From IMG/VR virus record IMGVR_UViG_3300025006_000005: 43,226 nt of DNA, one strand, 5' to 3'. The translations under genes and the position numbers were made by a program. Numbering within the stretch: the first letter of the stretch is position 1; each line of letters starts with the position of its first letter. The notes beneath the pieces are model-generated. The model had not been told where the DNA came from. It made no database searches and worked only from the letters and a program-made list of their open reading frames with translations. Source of the DNA: a virus. Positions 1-8,693 of this stretch are shown one piece after another.

Positions 1-127
1 CTTGGCATAGGTCCAGGTTGACCCCGACAGATCCATCGCGGACCCGTCCGAGTCCGTGATGGTGATCTGCTCAGACCAGTCGTCGCCCGGAACGAGAGAG
101 ATTGCTGAAAAGGTCATCCGATCACCC
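1..127. repeat. Terminal 127-bp exact duplicate of 43100..43226 (circular closure overlap)
   Basis: Read by eye: cttggcataggtccaggttgacc...aaaaggtcatccgatcaccc is present at both ends. Confidence 0.95.
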
Positions 128-1208
128 ACACGCGGACTTCACCGCGCGCCCCGCCTGCATTGCCGCCACCGCCGCCGCCGGGCGCGGTCCCGTTCACGCC
201 GCCATTCCCGCCGGCACCGCCATAGGTGGAACTCCCGCCCGTCCCGTTGCTGCCGCCGCCACCACCGCTGACGCCGCCGCCGCCGCCGCCGCCATGGACA
301 GAGCGCCCGCCATTGCCGCCGCTGCCGGGACCGTTCCCGCCCGACGCCCCGCCGCCGCCGCCGAAATAGCCGTCCGATCCGCCGGTGCCGCTGGCACCGC
401 TCGTGCTTGATCCTGCGGCGCCGGCACCCGCCAGAACTCCTGCCGATCCGGCGGTCGTTCCACTGGCGCCGCCTCCTGCCGAGAACGGTCCGCCGCCGCC
501 GCCACCGGCGTAACTGAGGGTGCTCCCGCCGCCTGCGCCTGCACCCCCGCCATAAGACGTGACGTAGAAGCCGAACGACGAATTGTTGCCCGCCGCTCCG
601 GCTGCGACGGCCGCCCCGACGGTGACAGCGACCGAGGAGGACACGTCTGCGGCCCGCATGATGCGGTATTTGTATTCGCCGCCGCCGCCGCCCCCCGACT
701 TGGTGCTGCCGGACCCGCCGCCGCCACCGCCGCCCCATGCCTTGACAATCACCAGCGCCGCATCAGGCGTTCCGGTCGGCTTGTTCCATGTGCCGTTCGC
801 GGTGAATGTCTGATAGTCCGTCACCTTCTGGATGTTCGAGGAGTTATAGACGGTCAGGTTCCCGCCCTTGGCCCTGAGCATCACGCCACGGCCGGCCTTC
901 AGAATCGCTCCGATCGCATTGCCGTCGTCATCGACGAGTGCGATTGCCGAACCGCCGCCGATCGCGAGCGTCGTTCCGCCCGCCGCATTGTCGGAGGCCG
1001 GGTCCAGCCAGAACATCATGCCATCCGCCACTCCTGCCGTGAGCGCCGGGCTGGCGTCGGCCGTGATGGCGTTCGCGGTTCCCGCGACATTGGTCAATGG
1101 GATCAGCGAATAGTCCCACAGGCCGGTGATTTCCTCCTGGATATCGGTGGCCATGGTCGAGCCGGAGACGTTCACTCCGGATGTGGGTATCAGTCTGTCG
1201 AGAGACAT
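114..1208 (-). CDS. Glycine-rich tail fibre-associated protein (Gly_rich-type repeats)
   Basis: 364 aa. About 170 aa of N-terminal globular sequence, then runs such as KAWGGGGGGGSGSTKSGGGGGGEY and many GGxGG blocks. SD GAGGA lies upstream. The stop overlaps the fibre gene ATG (ATGA) across the circle junction. Confidence 0.7.
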   Translation of the reverse strand: MSLDRLIPTSGVNVSGSTMATDIQEEITGLWDYSLIPLTNVAGTANAITADASPALTAGVADGMMFWLDPASDNAAGGTTLAIGGGSAIALVDDDGNAIGAILKAGRGVMLRAKGGNLTVYNSSNIQKVTDYQTFTANGTWNKPTGTPDAALVIVKAWGGGGGGGSGSTKSGGGGGGEYKYRIMRAADVSSSVAVTVGAAVAAGAAGNNSSFGFYVTSYGGGAGAGGGSTLSYAGGGGGGPFSAGGGASGTTAGSAGVLAGAGAAGSSTSGASGTGGSDGYFGGGGGASGGNGPGSGGNGGRSVHGGGGGGGVSGGGGGSNGTGGSSTYGGAGGNGGVNGTAPGGGGGGNAGGARGEVRVWVIG

Positions 1209-1217
1209 CGTTTATCC

Positions 1218-3938
1218 TCACGCGGCCCAGAGTTCGGGCGCTTCGTCGACCGCCTCGATCGAGGCCGCCATGTCCTTGTCGTAAGTGATGGAGTTGATGA
1301 TCAGCCGGCGGACTTCCTTGCCCGCCTGGCCGACATAGACGAGGTTCCCGGCCCGGATAACCGGATCGCCGTCATCGGGATCGGCCGCGATCGCCACCGG
1401 CGTCGTGAAGGTCAGCGCATCGGTGGAACCTGCCGAATTGCTCAAGGCGTGGACGGTGAAGCTTCCATCGGATTGCCGCACTCCAACCGAGCTTTTCAGG
1501 CCCATGTCGAAGATGTCCGTGACCGCAAAAAAGTCTGTCGTCTCAAACCAGCCCGGCTCGTCATAGATCGGCACCGCGCAATCGAGCGTGATGCCCGTCA
1601 CATTGGTCCCGTCATCCTGCACAGAGATGATCCGCGCCGAGGTGTTGGTCTTGCTGATCGTGTCGTGATTGACCCCTATGAGGTCGCCCCGTCTGGTCCT
1701 CAGCGCTTCGGCTGGCGCGGAAAAGCTCCATGTGGCGGCGCGCAGTTCCGCCTGCCTGAGATCGAACAGCGCACGCGCCGTTGCGTCCGTCTCGTTGTCG
1801 AGCCCGTCATAGGTGACTTCCTCGATCCGCGGGTTGGCCTTTTCTTCATCCGTGACCGTCGGCCGCCAGACGATTGTCTGCTGTTCCGCATCATCGAGAG
1901 CGGCATCGTACCAAGTCACCCGGAAGGCGTCGGGCAGCCGCGGAAACGCCTTCGCCATCTGCAGGCCGGCGGAGTTGCGCTGGGTAAACACCTGCAGCGG
2001 ATCGTCGGCCGAGCGGTCATAGTCGCGGATGACGCCCCAGGTCTCCGACTTGCGCGCCCGGGCATAGCCGCAGCCCGTCACCTTGTCCTCGACATCGGTG
2101 AGGTTTTCGCCTTCGACGACGAGGTTGCAGGAGTAGCCGGCCGTCACGCAGGCCGACCGCCAGTCGACGAGGCTGGTATCGTCGAGAAGATCGAGCGGGA
2201 GGGCGTCTGGCGTGAGGCCCCCGACCCACATGTCACGCAGATGCGGGGCGGGATTGTCGGTGGTCGTGAAGGTGTTCCAGCCCGACCCGTCCCAATCATA
2301 GACGTAGCGGGAGGCAAGGCATGACAGGGAATCGACCGAGCGATTGGTCGCCTTGATGGCGATCGCGGCGAGTTTGCCCGGCGTAGGCATGGGATGCGAG
2401 TTGATGACCGACGATATCCTCAAGAGGAACAGCCGGTCGAGCACGCCGTCGAGTGTTTCGTCGACCTTCGCCGTCGATCCCGAAAGGACGTAATAGAACG
2501 GATCGTCGTGGGTGCCCGAATAGGTATAGTTCGGCTTCGACCAGTTGTTCGTCTGGTAGGCGCACCCACGCTTGACCTCGATTTCATAGGCGCCGGGCGT
2601 CACCACATTTGGATCGAGATAGACCGTCGCCTCCCACCGACCCAACGCAATCCGCTTGACCTTCGAGGAGGCCTCCACCGAATTGTAGAGCCCGTCCGAC
2701 CCAGACCCGTTCGAGAAGGAGGAATCGGCGTCCCAGGCATCCGAGGCCGGCGCGGACTGGCCGTCGACGTGCTTGTAGGCGATCGTCCATCCCTCATTCG
2801 CGGGAATGGAGGCGACGCTTTCCGGCGCCGAGCCCCAGACAAGCCGGACGGAGAGGCGGATTTCCTTGTGATCGTTCGACCAGTAATGCATCTCCGGCAG
2901 GTTGATCCACGAGGCCCCGCCTGGTGTCCTCATGCGCAGGCGGATCGGGATGCCGTAGCGTGTGCTCCCGGACGTCGCGCCCAGCCCTTCCGCCAGCGAG
3001 AAATGCAGCCAGACCTCATCGGCCGCCTGCACCGAGGTCCGGACCGAGTGCCAGACTGGGATCGAATTCGCCGGGTTGTTCTGGTCGGACAGGATCGACT
3101 GGTCGTCGGCCGTGACCTTGTGCCTGGAGAGCTCGATCTGCGGCGTTTTCGTGATGCCGTAGCGCTGGACGAGATCGATGCGCTCGTCGTCGCCGAAGCC
3201 GTTTTTGACCTCATAGGCGATATCGTTGGCGTCTTCGATCGCGGCGTCACCGACCCGGATATCGGAGATATCGTGCGCTCCGGCGAGCACGAAGATTGCC
3301 TCGACGATCTCGTCGCCATTGAGCCGTTCGACCAGCGGCTGGCAGGCGAGCGGCGGGAAGACACGCCGCGTGCCGATAACCGCAGGAATGGGCGCCCCAG
3401 CGCCCAGCACATTACCTGACAGAGAGGCCGGACCCTTGGTCTGATCGAGACGGGATTTCCCCTGAGCCACGGGCGGTGGAGTCAACGCGCCGGCGGCCAA
3501 TGCCCCTACGACAGAGATTCCGCCGGCAAGAAGTCGTGCGCCAATCGTACCGGCTTTGAATGCTGCACCGAATAGTCCCGCCGCTGCGCCTCCCAACACC
3601 GCAACCGATGCTACAAGCGCCGCGATAGAGACCACGAGGCTGAGGATCGATTTGCGGCCCGACGATCCGTTCCCGCCGCCGCCCGCGAGCGGATAGTGGA
3701 ACGTCACCCGCTTGCCGGGCTTCAGGCGAATGCGTGACCAGAAACGGCGGACCAGCGGAGCCTCGCCGAGCAGCACCTCGCCACGCTTCGCGAAATCCGG
3801 AGGAAGTCCCGGGGTCTCGGCAACCATCTCGGCAATCGACTTGCCCGGCTTGAACAGATGCAGGACCGGCCGCTTGTCGGAGAACGGCGGGCGCCATAGG
3901 GCGCCGACGTGCTCTTGCATTGCGAGCGCCTTGGTCAC
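1218..3938 (-). CDS. Host-specificity / central tail tip protein (lambda J-like) with gpI-like N-terminal module
   Basis: 906 aa. The N-terminal ~170 aa has a Gly-rich hydrophobic stretch (AGGGGNGSSGRKSILSLVVSIAALVASVAVLGG...) followed by GAPIPAVIGTRRV, as in lambda gpI. The rest resembles J-type proteins (..YVYDWDGSGWNTFTTTDNPAPHLRDMW..). It sits after the gpK-like gene. Confidence 0.8.
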   Translation of the reverse strand: MTKALAMQEHVGALWRPPFSDKRPVLHLFKPGKSIAEMVAETPGLPPDFAKRGEVLLGEAPLVRRFWSRIRLKPGKRVTFHYPLAGGGGNGSSGRKSILSLVVSIAALVASVAVLGGAAAGLFGAAFKAGTIGARLLAGGISVVGALAAGALTPPPVAQGKSRLDQTKGPASLSGNVLGAGAPIPAVIGTRRVFPPLACQPLVERLNGDEIVEAIFVLAGAHDISDIRVGDAAIEDANDIAYEVKNGFGDDERIDLVQRYGITKTPQIELSRHKVTADDQSILSDQNNPANSIPVWHSVRTSVQAADEVWLHFSLAEGLGATSGSTRYGIPIRLRMRTPGGASWINLPEMHYWSNDHKEIRLSVRLVWGSAPESVASIPANEGWTIAYKHVDGQSAPASDAWDADSSFSNGSGSDGLYNSVEASSKVKRIALGRWEATVYLDPNVVTPGAYEIEVKRGCAYQTNNWSKPNYTYSGTHDDPFYYVLSGSTAKVDETLDGVLDRLFLLRISSVINSHPMPTPGKLAAIAIKATNRSVDSLSCLASRYVYDWDGSGWNTFTTTDNPAPHLRDMWVGGLTPDALPLDLLDDTSLVDWRSACVTAGYSCNLVVEGENLTDVEDKVTGCGYARARKSETWGVIRDYDRSADDPLQVFTQRNSAGLQMAKAFPRLPDAFRVTWYDAALDDAEQQTIVWRPTVTDEEKANPRIEEVTYDGLDNETDATARALFDLRQAELRAATWSFSAPAEALRTRRGDLIGVNHDTISKTNTSARIISVQDDGTNVTGITLDCAVPIYDEPGWFETTDFFAVTDIFDMGLKSSVGVRQSDGSFTVHALSNSAGSTDALTFTTPVAIAADPDDGDPVIRAGNLVYVGQAGKEVRRLIINSITYDKDMAASIEAVDEAPELWAA

Positions 3939-4363
3939 GCGAGCCTCCGGTGGCGATAGACTTCGAGGATGCGAGGCTTGACGGTCGGATGCTCGAGCGT
4001 CACGAGATGGCTATCGGCAGGGTTTTCGACGTGCAGCATGTGCCTGTCCGAAACCATAATGCCGACGTGGATTGGTGCCCTGCCGTGATCGCCAAAGCGG
4101 CGCATGACCACGACGTCGAAGGTCCGGCGCGGCAGGTTACTTACCTTCACCCAAGGATCGGCATCGGCGTCGTAGCGCATATGGCGCGCGACGACGGCGA
4201 GCTCGAACGCGCCGATCTCGCCATAGTCCGGCAATTCGATCCCCGCTTCGCGTTCGTGGACCAGGCGCACCAGTCCCCAGCAGTCGCATCCGGCGATCGT
4301 GCGACCGCCATCCACGAACGGAATACCCACATAGCCCCGGATCTGCGCCGTGCCCTCGCTCAT
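3935..4363 (-). CDS. NlpC/P60-family tail protein (lambda gpK-like)
   Basis: 142 aa. Has the Cys motif GCDCWGLVRLV and His HVGIMV..HMLHVE. ATGA-coupled to the J-like gene. Confidence 0.85.
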   Translation of the reverse strand: MSEGTAQIRGYVGIPFVDGGRTIAGCDCWGLVRLVHEREAGIELPDYGEIGAFELAVVARHMRYDADADPWVKVSNLPRRTFDVVVMRRFGDHGRAPIHVGIMVSDRHMLHVENPADSHLVTLEHPTVKPRILEVYRHRRLA

Positions 4364-4878
4364 CGCATGAACACTCCGGGCAGCAGATCCTGCGTCGCCC
4401 TGCGGCTCGGCCAGACCTCTTGTCGATAGTCGAAGCCGCGCAAAGTTCCCTGCACTTGCATGGCGTCGATGGTGATGTCGGTCAGGAACAGAAGATCGGC
4501 GGAATAGATAGTCTCCACCGTCACGGCCGAAAGCACTGTGCGAGGGTCGACCGTCAGGTCGAAGTTGCTCGCCGCGATCAATTTGAAGGACACGCGCGCC
4601 GGATAGGTGACCCCGGACAGCATCCCGAACGCGACCCGGTCGACATTCGGGAAGGTGAACTGCGCCGTCGGCGGCTGATCGTCGTCGGAGATCAGATCGA
4701 GTTCGAACCAGGACTTGCTGTAGGTTATCCCATCGAGCACATAGTCGGCGCCGTCGAGGACCAGGGTGATGTCCTCGACCAGATCGCGGTGCGAGATCGT
4801 CGCAAAGAGTAGCACCGGGTCGCCGGAGGATGCTTCCTCCAGGCTCTTGCGCGTGACTACCGGGATCGTGCGCGCCAT
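4360..4878 (-). CDS. Minor tail protein (gpL-position, DUF1833-like)
   Basis: 172 aa. Lies between the gpM-like and gpK-like genes. The family call is from memory of DUF1833-type sequences. Confidence 0.55.
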   Translation of the reverse strand: MARTIPVVTRKSLEEASSGDPVLLFATISHRDLVEDITLVLDGADYVLDGITYSKSWFELDLISDDDQPPTAQFTFPNVDRVAFGMLSGVTYPARVSFKLIAASNFDLTVDPRTVLSAVTVETIYSADLLFLTDITIDAMQVQGTLRGFDYRQEVWPSRRATQDLLPGVFMR

Positions 4879-5243
4879 CAGCCGATCACCATCAACGTAG
4901 CCGCCACTGAAAACTTGCCGCGCATAATCCGCTCTGATCTGTAGGGCGGATCACCCTCAAACCGCGCTCGGACCATCGTCAGCGTTCGCGGATGCAGAAA
5001 CAGGAACTCGGATGTCGCCTGGCCAAGTGTGTCAAAGACGAAATCCTCGAGGAACCGCACCTGGTCTGGGGTCATGAGCCAGCTGACATCAATCGATCGC
5101 ACCCGAATGCTCGACTTGGCGCGCTCAATCGGGGGGCCAATATCGGACGGAAATGAGACCCTCTGTGCAACAGGCTGCTCGTTGAACGGCGCGTCAGGGC
5201 GGATGCAACGCGGAAGGGTGTCAGGCCAGACCGGCGTGCTCAT
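4878..5243 (-). CDS. Minor tail protein (gpM-position), hypothetical
   Basis: 121 aa. First gene after the tape-measure gene in the tip module. No recognisable motif. Confidence 0.45.
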   Translation of the reverse strand: MSTPVWPDTLPRCIRPDAPFNEQPVAQRVSFPSDIGPPIERAKSSIRVRSIDVSWLMTPDQVRFLEDFVFDTLGQATSEFLFLHPRTLTMVRARFEGDPPYRSERIMRGKFSVAATLMVIG

Positions 5244-5297
5244 TGGCTATGGCGTCCTGTCCATGATAGCGTCGCGCCCTCAACTTGGGAGGGGCAA

Positions 5298-5672
5298 GTG
5301 AAAGAGACTGTAATCGGGCTGATTGGGCTGATGGGGCTTGTCGGATGCGCCTCGTGGAACGATGCAACAGACATGCCCCCGCGACAGACATGGACGTCAC
5401 AAAAAACGGTCGATCAGATCGCCGCGTGCATCATTCCAATCATGAATGAGCAGATGAAACCGGTACTTCCAGGCGATGCGGCGACCACTCACGCGCTGAT
5501 GACCACATCACCCGGTCATCAATATGAGATCCAGCCCATGCAAACTGTGGTGGAAGGGGCCGATCCATATTTCGTGCGCCTGACAGCTCTTGCCGAGGGC
5601 GGCACCAAGGTGGAGGTGTTTGCGGTGCGCAGCATGAGCGGGTTCGTCACAAAGATCCCTGCCTGCATCTAG
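5298..5672 (+). CDS. Predicted lipoprotein (moron on the opposite strand inside the tail module)
   Basis: 124 aa. GTG start preceded by GGGAGGGG. Signal peptide plus lipobox: MKETVIGLIGLMGLVGC. GC content is visibly lower than in the neighbouring genes. Confidence 0.75.
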   Translation: MKETVIGLIGLMGLVGCASWNDATDMPPRQTWTSQKTVDQIAACIIPIMNEQMKPVLPGDAATTHALMTTSPGHQYEIQPMQTVVEGADPYFVRLTALAEGGTKVEVFAVRSMSGFVTKIPACI

Positions 5673-7666
5673 CGAGTGATACCCGCAGGCCTTACCCCGA
5701 ACCGAGAAGAGAGCACCTTGTCGGCGCCGCCGCTCGCGATGTGATCGTTGACGGTCGAGTTGATGATCTTCACCATCTCCCGCCCGTCCGGGCCCCTGCT
5801 GCGTTCCGTGCGAGACTGGATCGAGCCGTTGTTGATCACCTGAACCGTCGTGCCGCCGTCACTCCCGGCCGTGCGCGCTTTGCCGCCATTCGGGATGATG
5901 ACCTCGCCGCGCTGCAGGATCGCCGGAACTTCCCCGGGCCGCAGTCCAGCCACACCGCCAGAATGGTAGCGCGGCGCCCCGGCAAAGATGGACGGCGAGA
6001 CAGACCTCGTCTGCGAAGGATTGCCGGCGACGCCACCTGAATGATAGAGCCCGAAGACGCCGCCGGTCTGTGACTGGCTACTCCCGGCGCCGGTGAAGAA
6101 AGACAGAATGTCGCTAAAGCCAAAGCTGCTCTGCGGGCTGAAAAGCGCGTTGGCGAGGATGTCCTCGAACTTGGATGCGATCTTATCGAGCACGTCGACG
6201 AGGATGTCACCGGCGCTCTTGCCCTGCCTGAGATCGTCGATGATGCCGGTGAAGACGTCCTTCTCCAGGCTGCGCATTTCCTCGGCCGCCTGCCGCGCCT
6301 TGTCCTGGCTCTCGGCGAGCTTTTCGGCATTGGCCGAGGCCTGCGCGTAACCGTCGGCAAGGCCGGCGATCTGTTCGCGCATGGCGGGCGTCAAAGTGAT
6401 TCCCGCCTTCTGCGCCGCCGACAGCAATTCCTGTTCGGCCTTTGCCCGGCTCAGGGCATAGCCGTAATCGTCAACCAACGGATTGATGCCCGCTTGCGCA
6501 TGTGTTTCGGCGTTGAGCACCGCCGTCCGCTCCTCGATCGACTGGATTTCGGACTTGTAGGCGTTGGTCTTCGGCACATGCGGCGTGCGCGTCGATGTGA
6601 GGTCGCTCGCCTGCTTCTTCAGCGCCTTGGTGAGATCAGTATAGCCCTGCGGCCCCAGCAGTTCTTCGACCGAAAAGCCCCGCCCCTGCGTGCCAGGAGG
6701 CGCGGCAAGGCGCGAAAGCTCGTTGTTGATCGAGGCGATGGTTCCGGCTGCAATGGCTCCCTGCTGAGCGAGGAGCATGATCTTTTCCGCCACGGCGGAC
6801 ACAGCGCGCGGCGTGTCAGGATCAAGCTGGATTTCAGCCATCGCCTTGGCCAGGTCTTTGGCCGAGATGGTTCCGGCATCGAACTGCGCAACCAGATCCT
6901 GCACTTGCTTTCCGGCATCGCCGAAGAGCGCTCCCGGCCCGTAATGCGATGCGAGTGCATTTGCTATCGGATTATCCTGCACCGTGAAACGGCGCACGAT
7001 GTCGTCAATTTGTCGACCGAGCTGATCCAGTTGCGACTTCTGGCCGGCAAGTGACTTGTCGCCGAGCAGCGTCAACTGCGCGTCGGAGAGCTTGGCGATC
7101 TCGGCTATATAGGCCTTTGCCTCCTTCGCGGCGTTCGGATAGGCCTCCGCCAGCGCGTCGATATAGGCCTTCTGCCGCTTCAGCGCTTCTTCGGCCGAGA
7201 TTTCGCCGCGGCTTGAGAAGACGGCCCAAAGCCCGACGGCCGCTGCCGTGACGCCGGCAAAGGCAATCGCCACCGGGCCGGCCTCGGCGATCAGTGGACC
7301 GAATACGCCCGCGCCGATTCCCTTGATCGTATTGAAGACGGCTTTCAACCCGCCCGGGCCCGTTGCCACATAAGACAGGTTGTTCATTTCCATGGTCAGC
7401 GCCCGCAGCGGCGAAACACCCTGTGCGACCATCTCCGTAAAGCCGCGCATGGAATGCTGCAACGCCATGATCCGGGTCGAGTCGAGGCCGATCGAGACGT
7501 TCTTGCCAAGCCCGGCAAGCCGCGTCTCCATCAGGTGGCCGCGCGTCTCGATCTTGGTGAATGTGTCGTCGCCCAGCTTCAACGCCTTCGCCAGGCCCTT
7601 CTCGTATTTGTCCAGCCTCGCCTCGAGGACCGCCACGAGGCGCTGGACGTCGACCGCTTCAGCCAT
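5669..7666 (-). CDS. Tail tape measure protein
   Basis: 665 aa, Ala/Gln-rich and helical, lying after the tail chaperone genes. The C-terminal Gly-rich part (YHSGGVAG repeated) is typical of tape measure proteins. Confidence 0.85.
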   Translation of the reverse strand: MAEAVDVQRLVAVLEARLDKYEKGLAKALKLGDDTFTKIETRGHLMETRLAGLGKNVSIGLDSTRIMALQHSMRGFTEMVAQGVSPLRALTMEMNNLSYVATGPGGLKAVFNTIKGIGAGVFGPLIAEAGPVAIAFAGVTAAAVGLWAVFSSRGEISAEEALKRQKAYIDALAEAYPNAAKEAKAYIAEIAKLSDAQLTLLGDKSLAGQKSQLDQLGRQIDDIVRRFTVQDNPIANALASHYGPGALFGDAGKQVQDLVAQFDAGTISAKDLAKAMAEIQLDPDTPRAVSAVAEKIMLLAQQGAIAAGTIASINNELSRLAAPPGTQGRGFSVEELLGPQGYTDLTKALKKQASDLTSTRTPHVPKTNAYKSEIQSIEERTAVLNAETHAQAGINPLVDDYGYALSRAKAEQELLSAAQKAGITLTPAMREQIAGLADGYAQASANAEKLAESQDKARQAAEEMRSLEKDVFTGIIDDLRQGKSAGDILVDVLDKIASKFEDILANALFSPQSSFGFSDILSFFTGAGSSQSQTGGVFGLYHSGGVAGNPSQTRSVSPSIFAGAPRYHSGGVAGLRPGEVPAILQRGEVIIPNGGKARTAGSDGGTTVQVINNGSIQSRTERSRGPDGREMVKIINSTVNDHIASGGADKVLSSRFGVRPAGITR

Positions 7667-7817
7667 CGATCACTCCCCTTGAGGCGAGAACCGCCGCCTC
7701 GAATTCCTCGCGGCTCGGCGGCTCGACCTTTGTCCCGTCCGCATGCGCGCGCGCCCAGTGCCGGCAGATCGCCGTCCACTGGCCGAGCGAGAGATCGCCG
7801 ACATTGTGGACGCCCAT
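7659..7817 (-). CDS. Small ORF (52 aa) between the chaperone and tape measure genes; possible second tail-assembly chaperone (gpT / GTA g10.1 position)
   Basis: Hand-translated: MGVHNVGDLSLGQWTAICRHWARAHADGTKVEPPSREEFEAAVLASRGVIDG. Its ATG overlaps the upstream stop (ATGA), which places it in the -1 frame. Its end overlaps the tape-measure start. Confidence 0.45.
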   Translation of the reverse strand: MGVHNVGDLSLGQWTAICRHWARAHADGTKVEPPSREEFEAAVLASRGVIDG

Positions 7818-8221
7818 CAGGGCTGCCCCTCCATAGATGGCGCCGAAGTCGAGCCGTTCTGGTCCGCCTCCGGCGCCCCGGCTTCCCCCACTGCCAGATC
7901 CTCGCCATGAACGCGCGTCAGCCCCATCAGGAGGACGGCATGAGCGACGTCGCGGCTTTCGTCGAGCGGCCGCTCATCGACATAGCGACGCACCTTGGCA
8001 AGCGCCTCACCGGGCGCCATGCCGCCGCCGATCAGGCCGATGCGGATCGTCTCGGAAATCTCGCGAACGCGCATGTCGCGCACCATCGGGCTTGCCCGCC
8101 CCGCAAGATCGAAGACCGATTTCCCGGTCTTTTCCTCGAGCTCCTCGATACCGGCGATCGACAGGCGGAAAGCGAAGGTTCCATCCGCCCAATCGAGCTC
8201 GATCGCGCCATGCCGGTTCAT
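7817..8221 (-). CDS. Tail assembly chaperone (GTA gp10-like)
   Basis: 134 aa, between the major tail and tape measure genes. The N-terminus IELDWADGTFAFRLSIAGIEELEEKTG resembles the GTA-family protein. Confidence 0.65.
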   Translation of the reverse strand: MNRHGAIELDWADGTFAFRLSIAGIEELEEKTGKSVFDLAGRASPMVRDMRVREISETIRIGLIGGGMAPGEALAKVRRYVDERPLDESRDVAHAVLLMGLTRVHGEDLAVGEAGAPEADQNGSTSAPSMEGQP

Positions 8222-8673
8222 GCGGCGGCGTCGGTCCAGGTCAGCGCGCCGTCGGAGACGAGCGTCACCGTGACCTCGGCGACTTCCTTGTTGCCGCCCG
8301 CCTGCACCTGGAAATCCGAGAGCTTGAACGCACCGGACCAGTAGCCACCGCCGCTCGCCAGGGCGACGTTGATGGCGACCTGGATGTTCTTCGCATTGTC
8401 GGAGTTGAACCAGTCGAACCAGTCCTTCACCGAAGCGGTGTAGAGCATGCCGGCGCCGGAGATCGTCGCCGAAAGCCCGTCCTTCTGCACCGACTTCCAG
8501 GCGGGATCGTCGGGGTTGTCGCAGTCCGGCATGATCACCTGGTTGGTGTCGGACTGGAACTGGATGCCGCGACTGGTGTTGATCAGGCAGTCGTGGGCGA
8601 AGGTTTCCGGGCTGCCGCCGTCGCCGATTTTGACGAGCAGCTTCGACCCTGTTACGCGCGGGACAGCGGTCAT
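8218..8673 (-). CDS. Major tail (tube) protein, TP901-1/GTA g9-like
   Basis: The start was trimmed to the ATG at 8673, which has GGAGA upstream. The 151-aa product begins MTAVPRVTGSKLLVKIGDGGSPETF. Confidence 0.8.
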   Translation of the reverse strand: MTAVPRVTGSKLLVKIGDGGSPETFAHDCLINTSRGIQFQSDTNQVIMPDCDNPDDPAWKSVQKDGLSATISGAGMLYTASVKDWFDWFNSDNAKNIQVAINVALASGGGYWSGAFKLSDFQVQAGGNKEVAEVTVTLVSDGALTWTDAAA

Positions 8674-8693
8674 GACGTTTCTCCTGTCGAGGG

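Noticed and set aside
56-813. Multiple overlapping ORFs in other frames and strands across the poly-Gly gene (56..271, 102..410, 139..738, 194..748, 583..813)
   Set aside because: They are Arg/Pro/Ala-rich translations of GGC/GCC-rich low-complexity DNA. They have no RBS or motifs, and the region is explained by the Gly-rich fibre-associated gene.
7817-7870. A programmed -1 frameshift site in the tail chaperone gene
   Set aside because: The geometry fits, but no XXXYYYZ slippery heptamer is visible in the last ~50 nt. It is reported only as a low-interest possibility.
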